Source: Lysobacterales bacterium
Lineage (GTDB): Bacteria; Pseudomonadota; Gammaproteobacteria; Xanthomonadales; SZUA-38
Length of the DNA stretch: 64,000 nt
NCBI GenBank assembly: GCA_028285525.1
Contig: JANQOZ010000102.1
Span: forward strand, 21,888 to 85,887
Reading direction: 5' to 3'
Position 1 is the stretch's first letter, and every line of letters starts with the position of its first letter. Positions 34,415 to 43,104 of the stretch are shown here, in pieces. The notes beneath the pieces were generated by a model. That model ran no database searches and had not been told where the DNA came from. It saw only the letters and a program-made list of their open reading frames with translations. The position numbers and the translations under genes were made by a program.

Positions 34415-34538
34415 TCCTAATATTCGTCAGGCTCGAGCAAGGGTTTCAAGGACTATTGATCTATTTCGGCGAATTTTGTTAGGCCGCCATATTTCCGTAA
34501 ATAACTGATTGATAGTTTTTACCGGTTTTCGCGGTTCG
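34415..34538 (+). repeat. conserved pre-tRNA' module, copy E
   Basis: Hairpin 34415-34485 (GTCCTAATATTCG...TTTTGTTAGGCC) and an AT-rich spacer. Most diverged copy. Confidence 0.7.
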
Positions 34539-34585
34539 GATTTGAAACCAGTAGGTCCCGGGTTCGAGACCTGGTGCCGGCACCA
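34539..34585 (+). repeat. tRNA-Thr 3'-half direct repeat (copy E, degenerate)
   Basis: 47 nt with 4 mismatches (TTTGAAACCAG and TTCGAGACCTGG). Confidence 0.85.
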
Positions 34586-34855
34586 ATAAATTCAACGGGT
34601 TACGTGGTTTTCGGGCGTTTTTCAGGCCCAGTTAAACTCGCTAAACCGCCCTGAATCCCGCAACAACTGTGTCAACTGTCCTACTGAGTCGCAATACGCG
34701 CGAGCCACTGATTTTCTTCCGGCTTGGCTTGTCAGATCTCATTAACGCTAGTTGCACTTTCACGTCCCAAATTTTTTGGGACCGCGACCAAGTGCCAGAG
34801 CAGGCAAGCGCGGCAAATGCAAGGCCGACCTGGCAATTGGCCCTGAACCCTATAG
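34586..34855 (+). repeat. conserved post-tRNA module, copy E
   Basis: ACGCGCGAGCCACTGATTTTCTTCCGGCTTGGCTTGTCAGATCTC core plus GGGACCGCGACCAAGTGCC...GGCAATTGGCCCTGAACCC. Confidence 0.75.
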
Positions 34856-35205
34856 TTCGGACTTTGAGGCCTCTATGGAAAAGGCCGGAAGTTTCCGTGA
34901 TACCCGGACCAGTCCATAGCCCGCAGTGGCGAGAGCCGGACAAGATTTGCGGTTTGGCACATGACCGAGCGACCAAGCTGATCTACACGAACAACCTTGA
35001 TGAAATTACGAACAGAGATCTCCCTGCCCCTAAAGGTTGGCAATGGTTTGGGCCGCGCCTTCATTGCCGAAAGCGGCCTCCTATCACGCTTTTTCGTCTC
35101 CCTAATCGGAACGTTATCGAACCTCACCCCTTATCGACACACTTGATCCCGTTTCGCGATGCTTTTCGCTGTACCAGATATCGAAACCTAAAACAGGCGC
35201 TCCCG

Positions 35206-38106
35206 ATGAAACAGCTCAAGTGGCTTTTTCTTCTGATACTTTTGACTACGACGCTTTCCGAGTCCAGTGCCGGTATCGGCGATGAGTGGACCCGCGTCCG
35301 GGGTGACCAAAGCCCGGGGCTCAACTATTCGTCTTTTGTGGCAACGTCCAGCGGCCGTTGGATCGCCGCAGGGGCTGGTGGACGCCTAATGATCAGTGAC
35401 GATTCCGGCGCAAACTGGCGCTACGACGTCATCTTGGAGGATAACGACAGACCCCTGGGTGGCACGGTCACTGATTTGGTGGAAAACGGAGGCGTCATTA
35501 TCGGCACGGCTATCAGTCAAATTCCTTCGTCCAACGAGTTTGGGTTCCCTTTTGAGGGTTTTACTCAGGTTGTCACCAGCGCGGACAACGGGAATACGTG
35601 GCAGGTTAGCCCGTTTCCCGTTTCCGAAGCGATATCCACCAGCGGTCGTTTTCCCGGCATCCTTCTTTCCAATCTGTTCGTAACGCCGGGCGGCCAGGTG
35701 TTGGCCTATGGGACCACGCTCCTTTCAAGCGGCGCTAGAGGGTTTTTTATCGGCGGACTGATTTTTAGACTTACGGGGGGCACCTGGCAACAGATGTTCT
35801 TCGAGCTCGGGATGTTGCAATCGATGTCGCAGACAGGGTCGCGGCTGGCGGCTTCGGGTTTTCAGACGGTGATCGACAGTGCCGATGGAGGTGGCTGGAA
35901 CGGCTACCGTCTGCGTGATGCCCAGATTTCAGTGGACGGGGAGATCCTCGACTTTGAAGTTCGCGAGGGGCTCAATGGCAGTGACGTGGCGTTTCTAAAC
36001 GGCAACTACGTGATGCAGACCCAACTGTTTCGTCGTTCGCCCAGCAACCCCGGAATTTTTGAGGCAACAGCCGTTCGTAACTTTATTCTCGAGAGCCCGA
36101 ACCCTTTTGATGGCGGGCGCATTTGGACCGGCACTGAGCTAAATCGGATTCACCCAGACTGGCTGAATTTCAGCGACCGGCTGGTAAGCATCGAGCGGCG
36201 GGGCGCTGAGGTTTCATCCAACGGATCGGGTTGGACGGTCGCGGACAGCTCGGTACGGCCCGGGTATGGGAGTTACGGCAGGCAGGGCGATCAAACCGTT
36301 ATTTCTGTCGGCAGCAGTGACGAGGTCTGGCGCAGCGACAACCGGGGGCAATCCTGGACCAAGATCCTGGACCAGGACCCGGGTCCCAACATGATTCAAC
36401 TGGTCACGGTGGGCTATCGTATTCTCGGGCGGGAGGGAAATGCGCGAATCTGGTCCACTGTCGATAACGGAGCCACCTGGGTTCAGATTGCCGATATCGC
36501 CGAGCAAACGGGCGCCAGAGGCATAACGCAGATTCGGGTGGTCGGTGACCGCCTGTTTGCGGCCCAAGGTGATGCCAGTCAGATTATCACCAGCTCGGAC
36601 CAGGGCGAGACCTGGGAGGTTCTCAGCTTCCCAAATCCGTCGGTGTCCAGCAGGGTTTTGCTGGATGTTGTAGAGGGTCAAGGCGGAAGATTGATTATCG
36701 CTCCTGAGAGCCGGGGAATCGACCCGCCTGAGACAGATTTTTTTACCAGCGATGACAATGGTCAAACCTGGACGCCGCGCAGGGCGCCGCTTGGATTCGG
36801 CGCAACCCCCGGCATGGGCATCCACGTGGGCAATGGTCGCATCATTTACCTCATGAACGGTTTTGCAAGTTTCGATCCAGAGCTGGTGATCAGCGACGAT
36901 AACGGGGTCACCTGGCGGCGGGAAAATCCCTTCGCCAACCTTGATGGTTTGGGCACGCCCATTAACGACCCGGATCAAACCATCATCGACCTGGAGCAGA
37001 TTCTCCAAACCCGCTCGGGACGCCTGATTATCCGCGGTGACAGTGGAGAGATTCTCACCAGCGATGATCGGGGAGACACCTGGGTGGTGCGAGAGAATCG
37101 GGACGACGTGTCTGATGACGACCCATTTTTCAGCTGGGACGTGTATACCATCGTAGAGGCCGGCGGCCGTCTGATCGCACCTGGTGACCGCCGCCCAACG
37201 CCAACCAGTTTCGATGACGTTGCTATCATCTGGGTCAGCGCTGACGATGGGACTACTTGGCGGACCTTTGAGCTGGAGGTTGAGCGGGACAATACGCGGC
37301 TTTTTGACGCAGTGGTCGCGCCCGACGGACGAGTGGTGCTTTCCGGTGGAGGAAACGGCGCAGTTTACGTGTCTGATGCGCCGGATTTATTTGAGGTCGA
37401 CCGCGCGGTTGAGGTGGTTCGAGAAGGTGAGACCCTCATGCTGGAAGTTCCCCGGCCGCCACTGGACGGAGCCATCCGGGCCACCTACCAGCTCACCCCA
37501 GGTTCGGCGACGGAAGACCAGGACTACGTGGCGGTTTCCGGCGAGCTCAACTGGACCGAATTTGACCAGTCTCCCAAGACCGTAATTGTTGAGACGATCG
37601 ACGACTTCAACTCGGAGCCCCCTGAAGAGTTCCTTATTGAGGTGGGCACGGATGGGGCCCTGGTGGTGGCGACCAACTATGCAGTAGAGATTCGCGACAA
37701 CGAACCCGCCGCGACAGCTGGCCTTAAGATATTGGCCCCTGGGCCGCTTACAACCGGCGAGAACGCTCCACCTGAGACCTTCAGAATCGTACTGTCTCGT
37801 GATCCTGCCAGCGACGTCACCGTGACCCTAACAAACACCAATCCGGCAGAAGTCATCGCGCAACCCACTACCTTTACATTTACGCCGGAAACCTGGAATA
37901 TTCCCCAGACCGTGCAACTCGCGGGTCAGGACGATAACACCTGCGATCTCGACGTAGCGGTGGCGCTGAACCTGAGCACGGCGAGCGCTGACGCCAACTA
38001 TGATGAACTGATACCTGTCACGGTTTATGTCACCAACGAGGATAACGACCAACCAGTGTTCGTCGATGGTTTTGAACGAGAGTCTGCCGGGCTTTGTGGG
38101 AGATAG
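35206..38106 (+). CDS. secreted BNR/Asp-box repeat protein with Calx-beta domain (paralogue 2)
   Basis: The ORF track starts at 34669, but that extension reads through repeat module E. The in-frame ATG at 35206 (MKQLKWLFLLILLTTTLSES signal peptide) gives 966 aa, collinear with 30695-33595 and roughly two-thirds identical by eye. C-terminus VFVDGFERESAGLCGR. Confidence 0.8.
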   Translation: MKQLKWLFLLILLTTTLSESSAGIGDEWTRVRGDQSPGLNYSSFVATSSGRWIAAGAGGRLMISDDSGANWRYDVILEDNDRPLGGTVTDLVENGGVIIGTAISQIPSSNEFGFPFEGFTQVVTSADNGNTWQVSPFPVSEAISTSGRFPGILLSNLFVTPGGQVLAYGTTLLSSGARGFFIGGLIFRLTGGTWQQMFFELGMLQSMSQTGSRLAASGFQTVIDSADGGGWNGYRLRDAQISVDGEILDFEVREGLNGSDVAFLNGNYVMQTQLFRRSPSNPGIFEATAVRNFILESPNPFDGGRIWTGTELNRIHPDWLNFSDRLVSIERRGAEVSSNGSGWTVADSSVRPGYGSYGRQGDQTVISVGSSDEVWRSDNRGQSWTKILDQDPGPNMIQLVTVGYRILGREGNARIWSTVDNGATWVQIADIAEQTGARGITQIRVVGDRLFAAQGDASQIITSSDQGETWEVLSFPNPSVSSRVLLDVVEGQGGRLIIAPESRGIDPPETDFFTSDDNGQTWTPRRAPLGFGATPGMGIHVGNGRIIYLMNGFASFDPELVISDDNGVTWRRENPFANLDGLGTPINDPDQTIIDLEQILQTRSGRLIIRGDSGEILTSDDRGDTWVVRENRDDVSDDDPFFSWDVYTIVEAGGRLIAPGDRRPTPTSFDDVAIIWVSADDGTTWRTFELEVERDNTRLFDAVVAPDGRVVLSGGGNGAVYVSDAPDLFEVDRAVEVVREGETLMLEVPRPPLDGAIRATYQLTPGSATEDQDYVAVSGELNWTEFDQSPKTVIVETIDDFNSEPPEEFLIEVGTDGALVVATNYAVEIRDNEPAATAGLKILAPGPLTTGENAPPETFRIVLSRDPASDVTVTLTNTNPAEVIAQPTTFTFTPETWNIPQTVQLAGQDDNTCDLDVAVALNLSTASADANYDELIPVTVYVTNEDNDQPVFVDGFERESAGLCGR

Positions 38107-38122
38107 TAAAAATCGGAATTTC

Positions 38123-38145
38123 GGGGTCAGGTTCAAGTGCCAAGC
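38123..38145 (+). repeat. REP (family 1)
   Basis: GGGGTCAGGTTCAAGTGCCAAGC. Confidence 0.85.
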
Positions 38146-38264
38146 TTGGCTGACAAGTCAGATCAGGAATCATCCTCACCGGTTTGGGCAATCGGACCTT
38201 ATTGGGCTTTGCCAACCCGGGAGAAGATACAAAACCCTGACTGAGTTATGTTTGAAAGACCACT

Positions 38265-38909
38265 GTGCCCAGACGTCCTCGGTTTTGCCCAAAAAATGTA
38301 CCCGCACACATCATTCAGCGCGGCAACAACCGGCAGGCGATTTTTGCTGCCGAGAGTGACCTTGCCGCCTACGCGCATTGGCTAAGAGAAGCGGCTGAAA
38401 AGTTTCAAGTGAAAATTCACGGCTGGGTGTTCATGACCAATCATGTACACCTACTCCTAACGCCATCTAACGATTCGGGTATTACAAAGCTGATCCAGAG
38501 CCTTGGACTGCGATACTCGCGGCACTCTAACTACACCTATGCCCGAACTGGCTCGCTCTCTGACGGGCGGTTCAAGTCCTGTCTGGTGGAAGATCACAAC
38601 TATCTGCTAACTTGCCTTCAGTACATAGAACTTAACCCACTACGCGCCGGCATGGTGACAGACCCCGGACACTACCCCTGGTCAAGCTACCGCTCTCACG
38701 CGTTCGGCTTGCCGGTAAGAATGTTGAGTCCACACCCACTTTACCGCTCCCTGGGCGAGAACCCAAAGCAACGCCAGCAAGCCTACCGCCAGCGCATCAC
38801 CCAACAACTCGATCAAGCCGTCATCACCAAAATTCGCCACTACATCAACACCGGCATGGCATTAGGATCAGATAAGTTCAAAGCTCAAATCCACGCCCTG
38901 ACCAACTAG
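38265..38909 (+). CDS. REP-associated tyrosine transposase (RAYT), copy 2
   Basis: 214 aa, near-identical to 11942-12586 with scattered substitutions. HUH motif NHVHLLL and YIELNP are retained. Confidence 0.85.
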   Translation: MPRRPRFCPKNVPAHIIQRGNNRQAIFAAESDLAAYAHWLREAAEKFQVKIHGWVFMTNHVHLLLTPSNDSGITKLIQSLGLRYSRHSNYTYARTGSLSDGRFKSCLVEDHNYLLTCLQYIELNPLRAGMVTDPGHYPWSSYRSHAFGLPVRMLSPHPLYRSLGENPKQRQQAYRQRITQQLDQAVITKIRHYINTGMALGSDKFKAQIHALTN

Positions 38910-40346
38910 TCGTTCTCTACCACTTAGTACCTGGCACTTGAACCTGACCCCATAAATTTCGGCGATGGCTTCCACCGCGCCTGGCTCGCCCAGTTCAGGC
39001 ATCTCGTCACCGTCTTCTTCCTCAAACCAGCGGAGCGCGCGCCGGAATCCAGGCAGCATGCGTACGCCACGCTTGTCGCCGAGCGCTTCACATAGCTTGA
39101 CCGCGTCTGCAATTTCGCCGTGTTCCAGTTCGTCACCAGCGGCGGCCAGCCACCAATCAATTATCTCCTCCTGGACCCCAGCGGCGTAATCCGGATGCTC
39201 CAGAATCAGGGCGACAGCCTCGTCATGCGGCAACCCGTCATACAGATCGTAGTTTCCTAGCGCTGCGGCAACTGCACTGCGCAATAGACTGGCCGGAATG
39301 TCACTCGCGCAACCCAGCCAGTCACAAATGCTGCTCAGCTCTGCCGGGTCTGCCCCAGCCACGGCGCGTAACAACTCTGATTCATTGGCTGCTGGTTCGC
39401 TGGCGGCCAGAAAACCAAGGGCATTCGTTCGGGTTTTCGCGCCACTTTCCATCACCCCCCGCACGAGCTCCTGATCACAGGACCGAAAGCCACAGCGACT
39501 GCTGATGCGCGTCAGCGTATGAACGAGCAACGCCCGCTGTTCGTCATCCCAGGCCAGGGGGATCAAGGCGCCGACCAGCGCCTGCGCCTTCGCCGCCGGC
39601 TCCTGCTTTAGCGCACAAAAGACGGCACATCGCGCCTCCAGCACGTCTTCTTCCACGCCTGGCTGAAGACCGATAGTGAGGGCGTCGTACCTAGCAGCGG
39701 AGGTGACGTGGCGGGCGAGCGCCCTGGCTCGGTCCTTGACCATGTGGTTACGCCCCATTCGATCGGCGTGCCTCAGAAACTGGTCGAACGAGACGTCATC
39801 CAGGGATTCGATCCCACCGAGCGCAATCTCCGCAGCGTCACAAACCGAGGGTTCAGGGTGTTCCAGGCAGGCCAGCAGCTGGGACTCCACAGCCGCGCCA
39901 TGGATACCGAGGCGTCGTACTACCTCCCAGGCACCGGCTCCCCGGAGGACGTTGACGATCTTCGTTTCATGAGGCTCCAGGGTGTACTGGTTCAGGTCAT
40001 CATGACGCCAGCCGGGTGGGTCGGACGGCGGCTCCGGCTCCTGCCCAAAGGCAGCCATCCGCTGGTAGAAGAGTTCGCTGGACAGGTCTGACCAGTAGGC
40101 GACGAGCGCGCGCACAAAAACCTCGGGCGAAGGCCTGAGCGCCGCGACGGTCAGCACCTCGAACAGGTCAAACGTCTTGTCCTCTTCCTGCTCGGCAATC
40201 CAATGGAAGATCAGGTCGTCGGCGCGAAAGCGCTGGAGCGGATCGGCTGCCAGCAGGTCCTGGAAAGTCTCCTGGTTAACCTCAAGCTCTTCGTTCTGGT
40301 CGATCACTGGGGGCAGGTATTCACGGTCATTTTCTGAAGCTGTCAA
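38868..40346 (-). CDS. hypothetical helical-repeat protein; 3' end runs into REP/RAYT unit 2
   Basis: 492-aa ORF. The last ~28 codons (YGVRFKCQVLSGRERLVGQGVDLSFELI) are the antisense translation of the REP and the RAYT 3' end, so the native C-terminus was replaced at about 38952. The body is acidic and helical (ACLEHPEPSVCDAAEIALGGI, HEAT-like). Confidence 0.55.
   Translation of the reverse strand: MTASENDREYLPPVIDQNEELEVNQETFQDLLAADPLQRFRADDLIFHWIAEQEEDKTFDLFEVLTVAALRPSPEVFVRALVAYWSDLSSELFYQRMAAFGQEPEPPSDPPGWRHDDLNQYTLEPHETKIVNVLRGAGAWEVVRRLGIHGAAVESQLLACLEHPEPSVCDAAEIALGGIESLDDVSFDQFLRHADRMGRNHMVKDRARALARHVTSAARYDALTIGLQPGVEEDVLEARCAVFCALKQEPAAKAQALVGALIPLAWDDEQRALLVHTLTRISSRCGFRSCDQELVRGVMESGAKTRTNALGFLAASEPAANESELLRAVAGADPAELSSICDWLGCASDIPASLLRSAVAAALGNYDLYDGLPHDEAVALILEHPDYAAGVQEEIIDWWLAAAGDELEHGEIADAVKLCEALGDKRGVRMLPGFRRALRWFEEEDGDEMPELGEPGAVEAIAEIYGVRFKCQVLSGRERLVGQGVDLSFELI
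38929..38951 (-). repeat. REP (family 1)
   Basis: ACCTGGCACTTGAACCTGACCCC followed by ATAAATT. Confidence 0.85.
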
Positions 40347-40815
40347 TATACGCGTTCACCTGCTGGTGCGCTTCATACAGCTCCAGGTGAAGCCGGCCGG
40401 CTGCCTCGCTGTCACCGTCGCGCTCAGCCTGCTCCAGCCGTCGCTCCAAAGCGGTGCAAACCGACTGTAATTCCCGATGCTGTATGGCCGGAACACCCTT
40501 GTCGACCTCGTAACGCCAAATCATCCAGTCCATCCAGGTGATGACCCAATCGGGACACTCCAGGGCGGCAAGCCCCCGCGCCTCCAGTGTTTGGGTTAAC
40601 ATTTCGTACTCCTCGGACGAGAGGGTGAAGGGGTCCCAGCTTGCTCCGCCGCTCATGCCCGCGTCTGCCTCGCCGCGTTTGAGCACGGTGTTGATCACGG
40701 CCAGCGGCGGCACGTATTTGTCGAGGAAATACGGGATGGCGTTAAGCAGGTCCACCAGGTCACCCCGCTGTTCAACTTCCCCGCCCATTCCCAGGACCTT
40801 GTAGTGATAGGTCAT
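40327..40815 (-). CDS. hypothetical protein
   Basis: The ORF track starts at 40905, inside an antisense RAYT remnant. The first ATG outside it is at 40815 (MTYHYKVLGMGGE), giving 162 aa. It overlaps the downstream ORF by 20 nt, so the two are a probable operon. Confidence 0.5.
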   Translation of the reverse strand: MTYHYKVLGMGGEVEQRGDLVDLLNAIPYFLDKYVPPLAVINTVLKRGEADAGMSGGASWDPFTLSSEEYEMLTQTLEARGLAALECPDWVITWMDWMIWRYEVDKGVPAIQHRELQSVCTALERRLEQAERDGDSEAAGRLHLELYEAHQQVNAYIDSFRK

Positions 40816-40841
40816 CCAGAATCCTCTGCCATCAGATATGC

Positions 40842-40974
40842 GCAAGCCTACCGGCAGCGCATCACCCAACAACTCGATCAAGCCGTCATCACCCAAATTC
40901 GCCACTGCATCAACACCGGCAGGGCACTAGGGTCAGATAAACTCAAAGCTCAGATTCACGCCCTGACCAACTAG
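40842..40974 (+). pseudogene. RAYT 3'-end remnant (third)
   Basis: ...QAYRQRITQQLDQAVITQIRHCINTG..., ending ...AQIHALTN* (TAG at 40972-40974); internally degraded. Followed by the REP at 40994-41016. Confidence 0.7.
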
Positions 40975-40993
40975 CCCTTTTTTGCGACCTCAT

Positions 40994-41016
40994 CCCTGGC
41001 ACTTGAACCTGACCCC
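40994..41016 (-). repeat. REP (family 1)
   Basis: CCCTGGCACTTGAACCTGACCCC followed by ATAAATT. Confidence 0.85.
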
Positions 41017-41043
41017 ATAAATTCATATTCGAGGTAATTGATT

Positions 41044-41478
41044 TCAGAAGGGACCTCCATAGTCCTCAACATCCACGATGTCGCAGATAAGAAATGGCGC
41101 ATGAGGCAGCGCTGGCAATAAACTTAGCTGACCGATGCACTCGCGTGCAATTCTTCGGCACGCCTGCCACTCAGCGTTAGTAGCGAGCGACTCTGAGTTC
41201 CAGACTTCTGCACCGAAATCCTCGAGCATGGATCTGACTCTAGAATCAAGATCTACCAGCAGGCTCTCGTCGTCTACTTGCTCTCGAAAATCGCTAAGTA
41301 CTAAGTGAGACGCTGCAAGAGCCACGCCTATCAGGTAATTCGCTCCAACGTCAGTACGTTCGCGAACAAACCAAGCGGGACATTCGCCAATCAATTTTGC
41401 TTGTTCGTTCGGGTCGGCTGCCAAAAAAGACAGTAACCTCCAGCTAAGCAGTCTGGACTTCGTCCAACCTGAATCCAT
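41044..41478 (-). CDS. hypothetical protein, immunity-like by context
   Basis: 144 aa from the ATG at 41478 (MDSGWTKSRLL). No signal peptide. Its start overlaps the stop of an upstream stub ORF as TGATG. Confidence 0.5.
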   Translation of the reverse strand: MDSGWTKSRLLSWRLLSFLAADPNEQAKLIGECPAWFVRERTDVGANYLIGVALAASHLVLSDFREQVDDESLLVDLDSRVRSMLEDFGAEVWNSESLATNAEWQACRRIARECIGQLSLLPALPHAPFLICDIVDVEDYGGPF

Positions 41479-41637
41479 CAAACGCTACCTCGAGCCTCCT
41501 TGCCAATTGTAAACGTGCATATGGAAATTGATCGTTTCACGGGGTCTACATAGCTCCCTCGCATTTGCTCCACTGGCGCTCCCATGATCGCCGTCCAATG
41601 GCCCTGCATCCATACGTATAAGTTGTCGTTCACCGCT
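41478..41637 (-). pseudogene. possible toxin C-terminal stub
   Basis: Open frame leaves the REP2 arm (ALGPGPKTS) and continues AVNDNLYVWMQGHWTAIMGAPVEQMRGSYVDPVKRSISICTFTIGKEARGSV*. Its stop overlaps the next ATG. Confidence 0.3.
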
Positions 41638-41743
41638 GAGGTCTTGGGGCCAGGACCAAGTGCCAAATCGCAATACTATGGGCGCGCTGAGCCGGAACTG
41701 GCAACCGAAACTGGCAATATTTCCTGACTCTAGGGATTCCTGG
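41638..41743. repeat. REP2-type palindrome (copy g, right arm degenerate)
   Basis: GGGGCCAGGACCAAGTGCC (41646-41664) ... GGCAATATTTCCTGACTC-TAGGGATTCCTGG. Confidence 0.6.
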
Positions 41744-41879
41744 CTCCAGGGATTCGAGAATTTTGACCCCGAGACGCTTGAGCTAAAACTTGGCCCTGAG
41801 CCCATTGATTTAAGCCTGTGCTCGCGGCGATTCCCAGGCCTTTCGTTTCTGCAGAATGTTTGGGTGTTAAGCTCAATCG

Positions 41880-42461
41880 ATGAGCACCTCGATATTGAAA
41901 AGTAATCTGTGTAGGGCCTTGCGCATGCGTCGTCGACTGCGAAACGTCAAGCAACAAGCTCTAGCATTAGACCTGGGGGTGAGTCAGACGACAATTTCTC
42001 GCTGGGAGAGCGGTGAAAGCCTCCCGGGAGATGATCACTTTGACAAGTTGTTGACCCTTTTTGGAATTCCGATTGAAATTCCCTGTGACGGTGCTTTACG
42101 CGACTTGATAGAAGGGGCGCAGACACCGGTCCACCGGATTTGCGACGTCAGTCATCGGTTACTTGCAGCATCAAGACCACGGCTTAGTCAGTGGCGTTGC
42201 AGTTTTTCTGAACTGCGTGGACGGTCACTTTTCCGATACACGACACCAGAAATAACGAGAGCCGAAAAAGAACTGCCAAATCTGGGTTGGTACGATGATA
42301 ACTGCAGCTACTTCCGGTTCTACTGCGGCGCCAGCACGTTAGACAGCGACATTCCCATTCGACCCAGTGTTTGTACTTGGGAGCGCCTATCCCTGGGCAA
42401 CGGTTCAATGGTTCGGCTGGTATCAAGTGAGGATCAAAAACAAGGAATAAATTATTCATAG
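41880..42461 (+). CDS. XRE-family HTH protein with uncharacterised C-terminal domain
   Basis: 193 aa. HTH segment LRNVKQQALALDLGVSQTTISRWESGESLP. The C-terminal domain of about 120 aa is not recognised. Confidence 0.65.
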   Translation: MSTSILKSNLCRALRMRRRLRNVKQQALALDLGVSQTTISRWESGESLPGDDHFDKLLTLFGIPIEIPCDGALRDLIEGAQTPVHRICDVSHRLLAASRPRLSQWRCSFSELRGRSLFRYTTPEITRAEKELPNLGWYDDNCSYFRFYCGASTLDSDIPIRPSVCTWERLSLGNGSMVRLVSSEDQKQGINYS

Positions 42462-42520
42462 CAAGGATGAGACAGAGCATTCAATGTTAGAGCCCGTTGA
42501 AATCTCTGGAAAACTACCTC

Positions 42521-43099
42521 ATGCCTATCTATGTCTACCTTGCCGGACCTGATGTGTTCTCTCGCCAACCGCTGAAAATTGGCAAGGAAAAGAAGTCGAT
42601 TTGCGAAAAGTACGGCCTCGCTGGCGTTTTTCCAATGGATCATTGGGTAGCCTCAGAACGACTGAGCGATGCTGAATTGGGCTATTCGATTGGCGCCATG
42701 AGCGAAAGATGGATGCACGCCTGCGACGCGATGATCGTCAATTTAACGCCGTTCCATGGCCCCAGCATGGACGTTGGCAGCGCTTATGAAGTCGGCTTTA
42801 TGCGTGCTCTCGGAAAACCCGTTTTTGGCTACTCAAATGTCGCCTCAGGATTCGCTGCGCGGGTTAGCGCCTTTTTTGACGATAATGTCAGACGTCGTAA
42901 GGACGGGCGTTTGGAGGATCATCTCGAGATGGAGATAGAGGAATTCGGTTTTGTGGAGAATCTGATGATCGATCACGGGGTTGTCGGCTCCGGGGGATTT
43001 ATCCACACCCGAGACATCGACACCGATTGCCGCCAAAGTTCGCTCGAAGTCTTTGAAAGCTGTGTACGAGACGCGGCAAAAGCACTCGGATCACGGTAG
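42521..43099 (+). CDS. nucleoside 2-deoxyribosyltransferase-like protein
   Basis: From the ATG at 42521 (the track starts at a TTG at 42497). MPIYVYLAGPDVF, CDAMIVNLTPFHGPSMDVGSAYEVGFMRALGKPVFGY, and IEEFGFVENLMI match the NDT (PF05014-like) signature as I recall it. Confidence 0.65.
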   Translation: MPIYVYLAGPDVFSRQPLKIGKEKKSICEKYGLAGVFPMDHWVASERLSDAELGYSIGAMSERWMHACDAMIVNLTPFHGPSMDVGSAYEVGFMRALGKPVFGYSNVASGFAARVSAFFDDNVRRRKDGRLEDHLEMEIEEFGFVENLMIDHGVVGSGGFIHTRDIDTDCRQSSLEVFESCVRDAAKALGSR

Positions 43100-43104
43100 A
43101 CCTG

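Larger units (their letters stand above)
38123..38951 (+). mobile_element. REP/RAYT unit 2
   Basis: REP at 38123-38145, leader, RAYT gene, then an inverted REP at 38929-38951. Same organisation as unit 1. Confidence 0.8.

Noticed and set aside
34669-35205. 179-codon N-terminal extension of the BNR paralogue 2 ORF.
   Set aside because: The extension reads through the non-coding post-tRNA repeat module E. A proper signal peptide begins at the ATG at 35206, and using it gives exactly the length of paralogue 1.
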